Origin: Selaginella moellendorffii
Lineage: Eukaryota; Plantae; Lycopodiophyta
DNA: 64,000 bases
Direction of reading: 5' to 3'
Assembly: GCF_000143415.4 (NCBI RefSeq)
Contig: NW_003314429.1
Span: 62,001 to 126,000, forward strand
Shown: positions 34,457 to 44,802 of the stretch, piece by piece
Position numbering within the stretch: the first letter of the stretch is position 1
How the letters are laid out: each line of letters opens with the position of its first letter
Translations under genes and position numbers: made by a program
The notes under the pieces: generated by a model
Told to the model about the DNA's origin: nothing
The model's input: only the letters and a program-made list of their open reading frames with translations
Database searches by the model: none

Positions 34457-36050
34457 ATGAAGGATTCCGCCAAAAGGTTTCTCCTCCTCCCTTTCTCCGG
34501 CCTCCTGCCATCGTCAATCTGCGTCCTCCTCGCCGCCGCGCTCGTCTTCTTGGCAGCTCTCACGATCCCAAACCTGGGACTGGGATTCTCACCGCCGCTG
34601 GAGCTCCTCCTCATCCATCCCTACGCGCCGATCGCTCAATCGCCTGGGAATCTCTCCACCGCCGCGCCACCGAGCGATCCAGGTAGCCGATCGGTGCCAA
34701 ATCTTGCTCAAAATATTTCGGTGCCAGCTCGAGGAGGAGGAGGAAGAGGAGGAGGAGGAGGAGGAGGGGATTCCATCGATCGCGAGGCGCGAGTGTGCGA
34801 TCTCTACACAGGCAAGTGGATGCCGGATCCGCGCGGTCCCCTGTACCGCAACGATGCGTGCCCCATTCTTTCGCAGGCACAGAACTGTCAAGGGAATGGA
34901 AGGCCGGACAGAGATTACGAGTCTTGGAGATGGGTGCCCGATGGCTGCGGCCTTGCGCGCTTCAACGCCACCGAGTTCTTGCGCATCATGCGAGGCAAGG
35001 TCCTGGGATTCGTGGGCGATTCCGTGGCCAGGAACCAGATGGAATCGCTCATGTGTATCCTAATGCAGGTAAGAGGATCGTTCTAGCTCTTCTTGCTTCT
35101 CGCTTTCCTGGATTGATCTAGCTAGTTCTCATTTGCTTGCTCTCCTAGGTAGCCAGTCTCGATCGCGATCAATGTAGGTACTCTTTTTCCTGATCGGAGT
35201 AGTAGATGCTAGATGGTTTTTTTTCCTCTCTTTCTCTCGATCGCGGACTAACTGTGAGCTTCGATTACCACACCAGGTGGAGAACCCCGTGAACAAAGGC
35301 AATAAGAGGATGCAACGCTGGTTTTTCCGCTCGAGCAAGGTCACCATCGTCCGGATCTGGTCGTCATGGCTGGTGAAATCCACACCCGGCGACGCCTCGG
35401 TGAAGAGCGCAACGAGAATTCACATCGATCAACCCGACGCCAACTTCATGGACTTCCTTCCCAGCGTGGACGTGCTCGTCATCTCGTCCGGCCACTGGTT
35501 CGTGAAGAAGTCGGCGTTCATGCGGGGTGGCCAGGTGGTGGGAACTCAGGGGTGGCACAGGCCGAACGCGACCATGACCACCAGCAAAGCCTTCGCAGCG
35601 TCCATGACCACGGCCCTCACCGCCATCGCCGCCAGCCGGAACTACAAGGGACTCACGGTTTTTCGGACGTTCTCGCCGGATCACTACATCGGGGGGTCGT
35701 GGAACACGGGAGGGTCGTGCACGGGGATCACGAAGCCTCTCACGGACAACGAGGTGAAAAGGATTGGCAGCAGCGTCTTCACGAGCGAGATGAGGCGGAT
35801 CCAACTCGAGGCGTTCGCGGAGGCGAAGAGGAACGCGAGCGGAGGAGGAGCCAGGCTCGTGCTCATGGACGTGACTCGGGTGTTTGAGTACCGGGCAGAC
35901 GGGCACCCGGGATCGTTTCGAAGCAAAGATCCCAGCGGCAAGGTGGCGGCGCAGGACTGTCTCCACTGGTGCATGCCTGGACCTGTCGATACGTGGAACG
36001 AGTTTTTGCTCCACATCATCGTCACGCACAAGATCAACACGGCGGCTTGA
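34457..36050 (+). CDS. Trichome birefringence-like (TBL) polysaccharide O-acetyltransferase, TBL17/18-like
   Basis: Exons 34457-35068 and 35277-36050. N-terminal TM, CDLYTGKW, QNCQGNGRPD, FVGDSVARNQ, DGHPG and DCLHWCMPGPVDTWN. Confidence 0.92.
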
Positions 36051-36124
36051 TCCATCATCCATTCTTTCGGGAAGCTCTCCAATCCATCTGTAAGTTTTGA
36101 TTCTTTGCAAGGGAAAGAAAGTTG

Positions 36125-37999
36125 CTACGAGACGATGCTGGCGAGCATCATGTAAGGTGCTGAATTCCCCGGCTCTAGCTCCGATGCGTTCTCGGCTGCT
36201 CGAGCTGCGAGCTCGGCCTCGCGGTGGAGCTTGCAAGCGCTGAGCATCGTCTTCCACGAGACGGCCTCGGGAAGAAAAGGCATGGTTTCTACGAGCTCCT
36301 GTGCGTCGTCAAGCCGGCCCGATCGACCGAGAGCGTCCACCATGCATCGATACTGCTCCCTCGTCGCCTCGATTCCATAGTCGCTCGCCATGGACAGGAA
36401 GAAGCTCCGGCTCTCCTCCACCATTCCCAAGTGGCTGCGCGCTGCCAGGACGATCGTGGCTGCGACCTCGTCGATCTCCCAGCCTTCGTGGCTCATGATC
36501 TGGAAGAAGCCCATTGCCCTCTTCCTATCGACGCTGTAGCCAGTGAGCATTGCGTTCCAGGAGATGGTGTCGCGAGCAGGCATTGTGTCGAAGATCCAAC
36601 GCGCTTCGTCCAGATGCCCCTTTTGGGCATTCACTGCGATCATGGCGTTCCAGGCTATAAGATCTGTGGCTGGCATTTTCTGGAAGAGATCTCTAGCCTC
36701 GACAAGCTTCTCGTGGCGAGCGTATCCAGTGACCATGATATTCCAAGCTAGAATGTCCCTGAACTCCATCGAATCGAAGAGTTTTCTGGATTCTAGCAAA
36801 TGCCCTCTCTCGGCATATGCAGAGATCATCAAAGTCTGGATCACAACGTCCAAATGCTGCATCGAATCCATAATGTTTTGAGCCTCCTCGAGAATCCCGT
36901 GCTGGACGTAGCATTTGATCATCTCGGTTTGCGAGAGCATGTCGTGCTCGTCGCGCTGGATGGAATCGAAGACCAGCTTTGCTTGCTGGATCATCCCGGC
37001 TTGCGAGTAGGCCGCGATCATCAGGGTCTTAGCAATCACGTCCCTCTCGGGCATCGCATCAAACGCCTCCTTGGCGTCGGCGAGGCTGCCATCGCGGACA
37101 AGGGCGTGGAAGAGGGCATTCCACGTCACCGTGTGTCGCTGTGGCATTTTTGCAAAGACAAGCCTGGCTGTGCCGAGGTGGCTCGCCGCGTCAGCTAGCG
37201 CTTGAAAGAGAGCCGTCCACGTCACTACGTTTCTCTCCGGCATGGAGTCAAACTCCTGCTTGGCCTCGTCCAGGTGACCGTTGGCGGCCAGTCCCGACAT
37301 GAGGCTCGTCCATGTCACTATGCTTACGAGAGGCATCTTGTGGAACGTGGCGCGGGCACCAGCCAGCTGTCCCTCTCGTGCGTAGCCAAAGAGTATAATA
37401 TTCCACGTCACTAAGCCACGTCCGCGTGGCATCTCATCGAACAAGCTTTTAGCACGATCAAAATGACCAGACTGGGCATATGCTGAGATCATAGTGTTCC
37501 AAGAACGCTCATTGTAACAATCTAGACTGTCATACGAATAATTGCCATAAGTTGTTAGGGCACTGGAGTTAGAGCTAGTGATATGATCTGATATGGACCT
37601 TTGGCCTTTCTCAAGCAAAACGTTGAAGAGTTTTTCGGCTTCCTCAAGATGCCCAGCTTGGGCATTTGCTGAGAGAAAAGCGTTCCACACGACTGTGTCG
37701 TGTTGTGGCATTCTAAAGAATGTGGCAGTGGCGGAAACAAGGTCTCGGTTCTCTGAGAATGACTGAAGCAAGATGTTCCAGGAATAAGAATTGCGTTGCG
37801 GGGTGGACTCGAAAACTTGGAATGCCTCCGCTGGGCGATTGCAGCGTCCATACATGAGGACGAGGAGATTGGCGAGGAAGGTGTTGGAGCTGTGGCGGCT
37901 GTGGATGATAGCGGCGTGGGCTTCTCTCCCGCGCAAGAGATCCCGGGCATCGATGCAGCTCCTCACTGCCTGGGCGAGTCGATCCTTCTCGCCCACCAT
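36125..37999 (-). CDS. PLS-E class PPR protein
   Basis: Intronless 624 aa; PPR repeats, then QYRCMVDALGRSGRL, WKTMLSACKLH and APYMMLASI. Confidence 0.92.
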   Translation of the reverse strand: MVGEKDRLAQAVRSCIDARDLLRGREAHAAIIHSRHSSNTFLANLLVLMYGRCNRPAEAFQVFESTPQRNSYSWNILLQSFSENRDLVSATATFFRMPQHDTVVWNAFLSANAQAGHLEEAEKLFNVLLEKGQRSISDHITSSNSSALTTYGNYSYDSLDCYNERSWNTMISAYAQSGHFDRAKSLFDEMPRGRGLVTWNIILFGYAREGQLAGARATFHKMPLVSIVTWTSLMSGLAANGHLDEAKQEFDSMPERNVVTWTALFQALADAASHLGTARLVFAKMPQRHTVTWNALFHALVRDGSLADAKEAFDAMPERDVIAKTLMIAAYSQAGMIQQAKLVFDSIQRDEHDMLSQTEMIKCYVQHGILEEAQNIMDSMQHLDVVIQTLMISAYAERGHLLESRKLFDSMEFRDILAWNIMVTGYARHEKLVEARDLFQKMPATDLIAWNAMIAVNAQKGHLDEARWIFDTMPARDTISWNAMLTGYSVDRKRAMGFFQIMSHEGWEIDEVAATIVLAARSHLGMVEESRSFFLSMASDYGIEATREQYRCMVDALGRSGRLDDAQELVETMPFLPEAVSWKTMLSACKLHREAELAARAAENASELEPGNSAPYMMLASIVS

Positions 38000-38100
38000 G
38001 GTGGAGATTAAAAAAAACGAGCAGAGAATATGCGACGCATCGCTCTGGGCCTAGGTTTTGGTTTTGATGCGTGGCGGAGCTGGGAGGTGGAGCGTCTGGA

Positions 38101-39705
38101 ATGCAGGGCATGCTGCGCCACGATCTTCTCGCCGGCACTGATGTCACAACAGCTGCTCCTGGCGATTTCCTCCATTTCAAGGCTCACGTCCCTCTGCGAC
38201 ATATCTGGGTACGCAATCGATCGATCACTCCATCCCTATTCATCCATGATTCTCGATCGAAATCTCCTCTCACAGGTGGGAAACAAGCACTGGCGGTACT
38301 ACCAGTCGGGACCAAAGCTCTTGCCGCCTTTGGTGTGCCTGGGAGGGACTTCCTCCACTGCCGAGGTCTTCTACAAGATTATTCTCTCCCTCTCCGCCAA
38401 GGTATTGCTCTTCCTTCGTTCTTCTTCCTTTTGTTCATGCATTTTGTTGTTTAGAGACGTTGTAAACGTATTTTTCGATTCTTCTTTCAGGGCTATCACG
38501 TAATTGCTGCTGATGCTCCTCCCGTGTGGAGTCACCAGGAATGGATCGCTTCGTTCGAGAAGTTTTTGGATCAAATTGGTGCACACCATGTAAGTATGAT
38601 ACAAGGTGTGCTTCCGGAATTTTTCTAATGTTTCTCTCTTTGGTTTTTGTTAAGGTTCACTTGTATGGTACTTCTCTCGGTGGGTATTTGTCGCAGCTAT
38701 TTGCTCAGCAGCGTCCGAGGAGAGTAAAATCGCTACTTCTCTCAAATACGTTCTTGGAAACACACACTTTTGCTTCAAAAACTTCTTGGAAACCATTGTG
38801 AGTAAGAACTTTCTGCTGTTTTTGATCAAAGACTTCGCTTCTTACAGGATAAGTTGGACGCCCGAGTTCATGCTAAAGCGATACATCCTCTCAGGAATTC
38901 ATGAGGGGCCGCAAGAACCTCTCATTGCCGATTCAATAGATTTCGTGGTCTCCCAGGTATGTGCCTCATTTTGAGGAACTTCATATCCTACGTTTCGATT
39001 CCCGACAGTTCGAGACCCTTTCCCGCGAAGATCTCGCATCACGCTTGACACTCAACACGTCTCCTGCTGCAGTAGGCCAGATCACACTCCCGGACTCGTG
39101 CATCACCATCATGGACGTAAGCATTCCCGCCTTTCGAGACATTTACTAAAGCTTAACTTACAGACGAATGACTACTGTGCCATCCCGCAGTCTCTCAAGG
39201 ACCAAGTGGCTGCCAGATATCCCACCGCCCGAAGAGCCATGCTAAAGTCCGGTGGAGATTTCCCCTTCCTCTCTCGAGCAGCCGAAGTTTCACTTCACGT
39301 ACAGGTAGCAGCGATCTCGTCTTTTCCCCTGATCCTCGTAACTTTGCCTCGCAGCTCCATTTGAGGAGAGTGGGAGTGGAAGGCGTTCCCGACGCTCGTC
39401 CAATCCCATCCCCTGGGAGTGGTGGAAGCGGGGACTCCGCCGGCGACGATCAATACCAAGGCCGGAGCCCCGACGGAGACCGAAGCTCTGCCGCGAGAGA
39501 CGAGCCATCTTCGAGCAGTCCAGCAGCCACCGACCGGAGCTTCTCTCCAAACGCCACGGACTCGTTCAAGCGACTCGGTCTCGCAAATCACCTCCAGGCC
39601 GACTTGCAAATCTCTCACCTCTTTTCTTTGCTGTGTTTGTTAGCCGCTGTACAAGAATTTTGGTTTTGTTCGCCAGTAGCTACTTGTCCGAGCTTGAAAG
39701 TTTGA
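38101..39705 (+). CDS. Maspardin-like alpha/beta-hydrolase-fold protein, multi-exon
   Basis: APGDFLHFKAHVPL, KHWRYY.SGPK..PPLVCL, VHLYGTSLGGYLSQLFAQQRP, SWTPEFMLKRY and LKSGGDFPFLSR. Confidence 0.85.
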
Positions 39706-39732
39706 TCGTTTTCTTTGTTCTTGTAATTTACA

Positions 39733-39892
39733 ACCACCTTTTTTTTCTACCAATCACAAGTTGGTTTTAGTAACCCTACCACCTTTTTTTCATGCGTACC
39801 TACCTTTATCCTGCCACCTTTTTTTCATGCGTACCTATCTTTACCCTACCACCTTTTTGCCCAAGCCCTACCACCTTTTTACCACCTTTTTA
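39733..39892. repeat. Minisatellite-like array of (A)CCACCTTTTT motifs, including 2 x ~35-nt units
   Basis: Six copies of ccaccttttt; catgcgtaccta(c/t)cttta occurs twice. Confidence 0.8.
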
Positions 39893-40115
39893 TGACACGA
39901 AACGTGCCCTTTGTCGCAACGCTATGACATTGCACATGTTAAAGAGCGTGGAAAGTTTCAATACTCAATCAAATCCGTGTTGTGCACTACTTGCAAAATT
40001 CTTTCCTCATCGTCAAGTGACGTTACAATGGAAAATCGTTGTTAAAAAAGAATACTCGCGTGTCGGGTTAGCGGCCAAGACTTGGAAGAATAGGAGGGAA
40101 CGCGACGATTTCCCG

Positions 40116-41027
40116 TCAACACCAAACCGTTGGAATTGCTGGTGGCGGTGTTCTTGAGCTAGATCTCTGCTGTTCTTCCACCAGATTCAAGGCCTGGAGC
40201 AGCTTGGGCCAGCTCTCGCTCACGCCCCCGCGAACATCAAAATTGACCAGCTTCCCCTGCTTGCGGTAGAAATCCTCCACTGGTTTGCTCTCCTCGTCGT
40301 AAACCTGGAGCCTCTTCTGGATGCTCTGCTCGGAATCGTCCTTCCTCGTCACCATCTTGTCCAGGCACTGGATCGGCGGAGGAATCGCTGGCATCCTCAG
40401 ATCGCCCACTGAAACATCGGCCATGCTGAACACTCGCCCACACTCTCCACACACCCTCCGGCCCAGGCACTTCTGGATCAACACCTCGCGCTCCTGGGCG
40501 AAGTTCACAGCTACGTGAACGTCCGCTATCTTGTCTAGCACGATCGCCTGGTTCACCGTCCTGGGGAATCCGTCCAGGATGAATCCCTTGTCGCCCCTGG
40601 CAGCCCCCGCCTGGAGCCGCGAGTGGAGCAATTCGAACACCTCCTCGTCGCCCAGGAGCTTCCCCTTGCTCACAACCTCGGCGATGCGCCGGGACATGGA
40701 GCTCACCTTCTTCATCTCCTCGCGGATCAAATCGCCAGTGGAGATGTGAGGAACGTCGAGCAGCGCCGCGAGCTTGATCCCAAACGTCCCCTTGCCGGCT
40801 CCCGGCCTCCCCAGCAACACCAAATTGAGCTCTCGCTGCTTCCGCGGCTCCTCCTCCATCGCCTTGCAAATCTCCGGCATCAAACCTTGGTGGTGATCCT
40901 CCTGCGAGATCGGTGGCAGTGGAAGCGGATCCACGATCGTCTTCTTCTTCTGGCAGTGGCCCATCCCGGACAACCTGTTAGCTATCCCAGAGATCTGGGG
41001 CATTGCTCGTCTCCCTGCTAGCGCCAT
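40116..41027 (-). CDS. ADK: Adenylate kinase with N-terminal extension (probably organellar), intronless
   Basis: P-loop LLGRPGAGKGT, HISTGDLIR, GFILDGFPRT, LID region GRRVCGECG and RKDD. Confidence 0.93.
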   Translation of the reverse strand: MALAGRRAMPQISGIANRLSGMGHCQKKKTIVDPLPLPPISQEDHHQGLMPEICKAMEEEPRKQRELNLVLLGRPGAGKGTFGIKLAALLDVPHISTGDLIREEMKKVSSMSRRIAEVVSKGKLLGDEEVFELLHSRLQAGAARGDKGFILDGFPRTVNQAIVLDKIADVHVAVNFAQEREVLIQKCLGRRVCGECGRVFSMADVSVGDLRMPAIPPPIQCLDKMVTRKDDSEQSIQKRLQVYDEESKPVEDFYRKQGKLVNFDVRGGVSESWPKLLQALNLVEEQQRSSSRTPPPAIPTVWC

Positions 41028-41212
41028 TGTGTCTCTTCCTTTTCCGATTAGGCCACAAGAAAGCCCTCTCTCTCATATACACGGAAAAAGGGCAGTAAAG
41101 GAATATCCCGCGTGGCTTGACCGGTCAACAGTCGGCGGGGGGTCAACCATCATTCGCGGTCAAAAGCGCGCGCGTGGAAGAGAAACGTGGAAAGTGCTTT
41201 TACCACTAGAAG

Positions 41213-42632
41213 TTACCAGTGACGTCGTAGTCTCACCCACGCCACGGCACCGACCACCGCGCCGCCCAGATGGCCTACGTGGCTTATGGTGGATGCCACC
41301 TGGCAAGCAGACAAACAAGCAAGCCATTAGAGAACGCTTCCCAAAACTTTGGAAGAAACCACGCAAGAGAACTTACATCGGAAACTCCCCACAAATCCTT
41401 GAGGATCATGTAAGCTCCCTGTGGAGTGAGCGATCGCGTCAAATTCTCACAGCATTGGAATGGGAAAAACAAAAACTTAGGAAAGATCGATCGCTTACAA
41501 ACAGGGCAGCTGGGACTGGGAAGAGGAAATCGACCAAGATGACGCGCGTTGGATTGAGCATGATGTTGAGGACCACCAGCGCGTTGATGGCTCCACTGGC
41601 GCCCTGTGGAAAAAACGTGTCGCGCATCAAACAGCACGCGAGAGATAGAGGAAGATCACGCTTTTCTCTCGACTCACCAGCGCTGGTGGGACAAATCGGG
41701 CCACAAAGGTGCTGTGACGAAGCCCCTGGGAAAACCAAAAAATGTGAATGACGATACGAGGATCCAGAAGAAGAATCGCTGCGCTTTTATCGAACCTTGA
41801 GCCAGGGATAGATGTAATAGCTATAAGCCAAGTGTCCGAAGGAGCTAACGAGGCCACCCGCAAAGTAGATCATGTAGAGCCTTTTGCTGCCGAATCTATA
41901 AGCGATCTGCGAAGCGGAGTGAGCACGCGAGAGAGAGCGAAGATCCGGATCGAAAGAGAACAGGAGAGATCACAAGACCTCGGTGCCAAAAAAGTATAGG
42001 CCGAGTAAGTTGGATGCCAAGTGCCAGAACTCGTTGTGGCTGAAGAAGTTTGTGACGAGAGTGTGGAGTCGGCCACTCAACACGTTGTGCATGGAGATCT
42101 GAGTGTCACAATTGTCACGAGAGAATTTCTAGCAAAAGAAAAAGAGAGAAAGAAACCGACCGTGAAATGCTCGGTCATGAAAACCGGGTCGAAAACCTTC
42201 CACAGGAAGAACACCGAAACGTTGGCACCGATCAAAGTCCACAAAGCAACATCGGGTCGAGCGTATCCTCCACCCCTGATAGAGTTCCAAGAAAAATAAA
42301 CATCACCCTCGAAGAAGATCATAGAAGATCATAGCATAGGAAAAAAACGATCTTTGTTACCCTGGCAAGCGGCCGAGGCTGGAGTATCTCCAGCGCTGCG
42401 AGAAGCGATTCACAAGCCGGTTCCATTCTCGCACGGCGGGCTGCAACTCGGCTGGGATCTTGAGCTTGCTTCCCTGGAAACTTGTCCGAAACTGGCTGCT
42501 GCTCGTCCGCGTCGCGTGAATCCAGCAAGTGAGAGGCCGCCATTCGGTGCTCGTGGCGATCTTTGATGTGCCCAAGAAACCACTCACGCTCGTCTTACCA
42601 GCGGTCGCACAGATTCTGCGCACTGCCGCCAT
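41213..42632 (-). CDS. Rhomboid-like intramembrane serine protease (PARL/RBL12-like, probably mitochondrial)
   Basis: LIGANVSVFFLW, FMTEHFT, catalytic GASGA, and last exon ISHVGHLGGAVVGAVAW...RRHW*. The N-terminus is basic and presequence-like. Confidence 0.85.
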
Positions 42633-43050
42633 TTCCACCCTAAACGAAGACCAAGCTTTTGGAATTCCAGGAAACCTTTGTATTGTTTTGCAGTCTCGAG
42701 AGAACGAGAGTTCGCTCCAAATTCCACCATTTCGTTTCCTCTCCCGCGGAATTGGAGAGCGAAAAGAATCTGAAAGGTTGGCACCGATTAGAAAAACTGG
42801 CTTTTTGGTTCGAGGAAGCCTCACACGCTATGAGATAGATCGAGAGATGTCCGCTGTTCCTTCCAGAAACTTAGATTTTGGAGAGAAGAACAATGCAAGT
42901 GGAGAACTTCTTGTGCTGGATCATTGCTTTCGAATTCGCGCTTTTTATTTACATCGATTTGGCGAAGAACATCATGGGAGGATTGGATTCGTGTTGTTGG
43001 TGGAGTGGCATTGGATTTGGAGTGACGAGACGAGGAGCTTGTGTGTTTTC

Positions 43051-43252
43051 CTAGCCCTGATCGCTTCGCGTCCCAGTGTTCGTGGAGGCCGATCTTCTCC
43101 TGTGCCTTCCGCGTCTACGCCTCTGCGAAAAAAGAGATTTTTGAGTCAAGTTCCACTGGACGATTGGGTGATCTTACTCCTCGCCCTCGGCGCCGCCTCC
43201 GCCGGCGCATCAAAGAGGGGCTTGTCGACGCTGTTCTTGCGGGTCGCACCAT
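43051..43252 (-). CDS. Putative 48-aa arginine-rich, protamine-like peptide (two exons)
   Basis: Exon 1 43252-43178, 55-nt intron (GTAAGA...TCTCTTTTTTCGCAG, 43177-43123), exon 2 43122-43051. Product MVRPARTASTSPSLMRRRRRRRGRG/RRRRGRHRRRSASTNTGTRSDQG*, 19/48 Arg. Confidence 0.55.
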
Positions 43253-43340
43253 TTCTCCTGTCCTCCCAAACTCTAGCAATGCTTCGCCATAGTTTTCTCC
43301 AGCAATGTATATCCCCGGAACAGCCGCGACCCTTGGATCT

Positions 43341-43393
43341 GCCACGTCACTGATTAGATCAGCCACGTCAGCGATCCCCGGAACAAAACCCTA
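43341..43393. promoter_or_regulatory. Two GCCACGTCA boxes, the second resembling the plant histone type I element, plus a telo-box
   Basis: gccacgtca at 43341 and 43362. CCACGTCAGCGATCCCCG versus consensus CCACGTCANCGATCCGCG (one mismatch). AAACCCTA at 43386-43393. Confidence 0.5.
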
Positions 43394-43465
43394 GGCTCGT
43401 ACGGAGCTTATTAACTGGAGTTTTAAACTCTTTTGGGCGAGGGAGGAGCGAGGAATAGATTCGGC

Positions 43466-44682
43466 ATGGGGAGCGCGCGGCGGCCCAAGAATCCCATCCA
43501 GGCGCTCGTCTGGAGGATCCAGCGCCAGAATCCCCGCGTCAAGGCCGCGCTCCTGGCGCTGGCGGCAGTGATTGGGATCGTCTTCCTCAGGTATGTCGTC
43601 AAGGATCACGACACCCTCTTCGTCGCCTCCGAGTGCGTCCACGCCCTGGGGATCGTCATTCTCATCTACAAGCTCCAGAAGGAGAAGAATTGCGCCGGTA
43701 AGGATCCATGGAGCGATCGATCGATTCGATCGCTCATTAGCTACAGCTAGGGCCGCGTCAAATCACTTAAATAACTTTCTTACAAGTGTGTGTTTCTCGT
43801 GTTTCTTAGGTGTGTCTTTGCGATCGCAGGAGCTTACAGCGATTTTTCTTCTCGTCCGGCTCTACTGCTCCACTTTCATGGAGCAAAACATCCACACTTT
43901 CCTCGACACGGCCACGCTCCTCGTCACGGCCTGGGTGATTTATATGATCCGGACCAATCTCAAGGCAACTTATGTCCAGGAACTCGATAACATGCCACTC
44001 TACTATGTGGTAAGCTTTGTTTTTCTCGTCCGGGACTTGAGTTCTATCACTCCTTTTTGGTTTTCCTTTCAGCTGGCTCCATGCGCAGTGCTCGCTATCC
44101 TGGTTCATCCTCTCATCCGGTACCACCTTATCAACAGAGTTTTGTGGGCGTTTTGTGTGTATTTGGAGGCCGTCTCCGTGCTGCCTCAGCTTCGGGTGAT
44201 GCAAAAGGCTAAGGTAGGCCAATTCTCTATGTTTCTTCGCTCACTTATCTTGGATTTGATCCACAGCTTATAGAACCCTTTACTGCGCTCTACGTTTTCG
44301 CCCTTGGGGTTGCAAGATTTATCAACTGTGCGCATTGGCTGCTCCAGGTATGAATCTCATTGCAAGACAAGAGGAAGGTCATGTAAAAAAACGCATTTTT
44401 CTTCTCCTTTTGCAGCTGATAGATGGACGTGGCTACCTCTTCTACACGCTGGGAACGCAGCTCAAACACCGGAGCTTGATTCCTTATGGCTTGTGGCCTG
44501 CCATGGTTGTGGTCGCCGAGATTGTCCAGACATTCATCCTTGCCGATTTCTGCTACTACTACGTAAAGAGGTATGGATCAAAAGAAGAAAAAAGCCATTT
44601 TTTCCATGAAATTTACGATTTCTTTGTTTGTGACAGTGTGGCGGAGGGCCAGATGATGATCCGGTTGCCTTCAAGTGTCTAG
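43466..44682 (+). CDS. ERD2-related (ER lumen protein-retaining receptor family) membrane protein
   Basis: LIYKLQKEKNCAGVSLRSQELTAIFL, LWAFCVYLEAVSVLPQL and VAEIVQTFILADFCYYYVK. Confidence 0.9.
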
Positions 44683-44802
44683 AATTTCATTTGGTTGTAC
44701 AAGTCTTTTCTCCTCCTTTAAACTTTCTTAAGTTAACTTAAAATGGCCGATTAAAAGAGTACCTTTAGGGCTAGCTAGCTAGGGCAATTTGGATTGAGCG
44801 CC

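Noticed and set aside
42529-43353. 274-aa plus-strand ORF
   Set aside because: Non-ATG start, no motif, and antisense to the rhomboid 5' end and the Arg-rich micro-gene.
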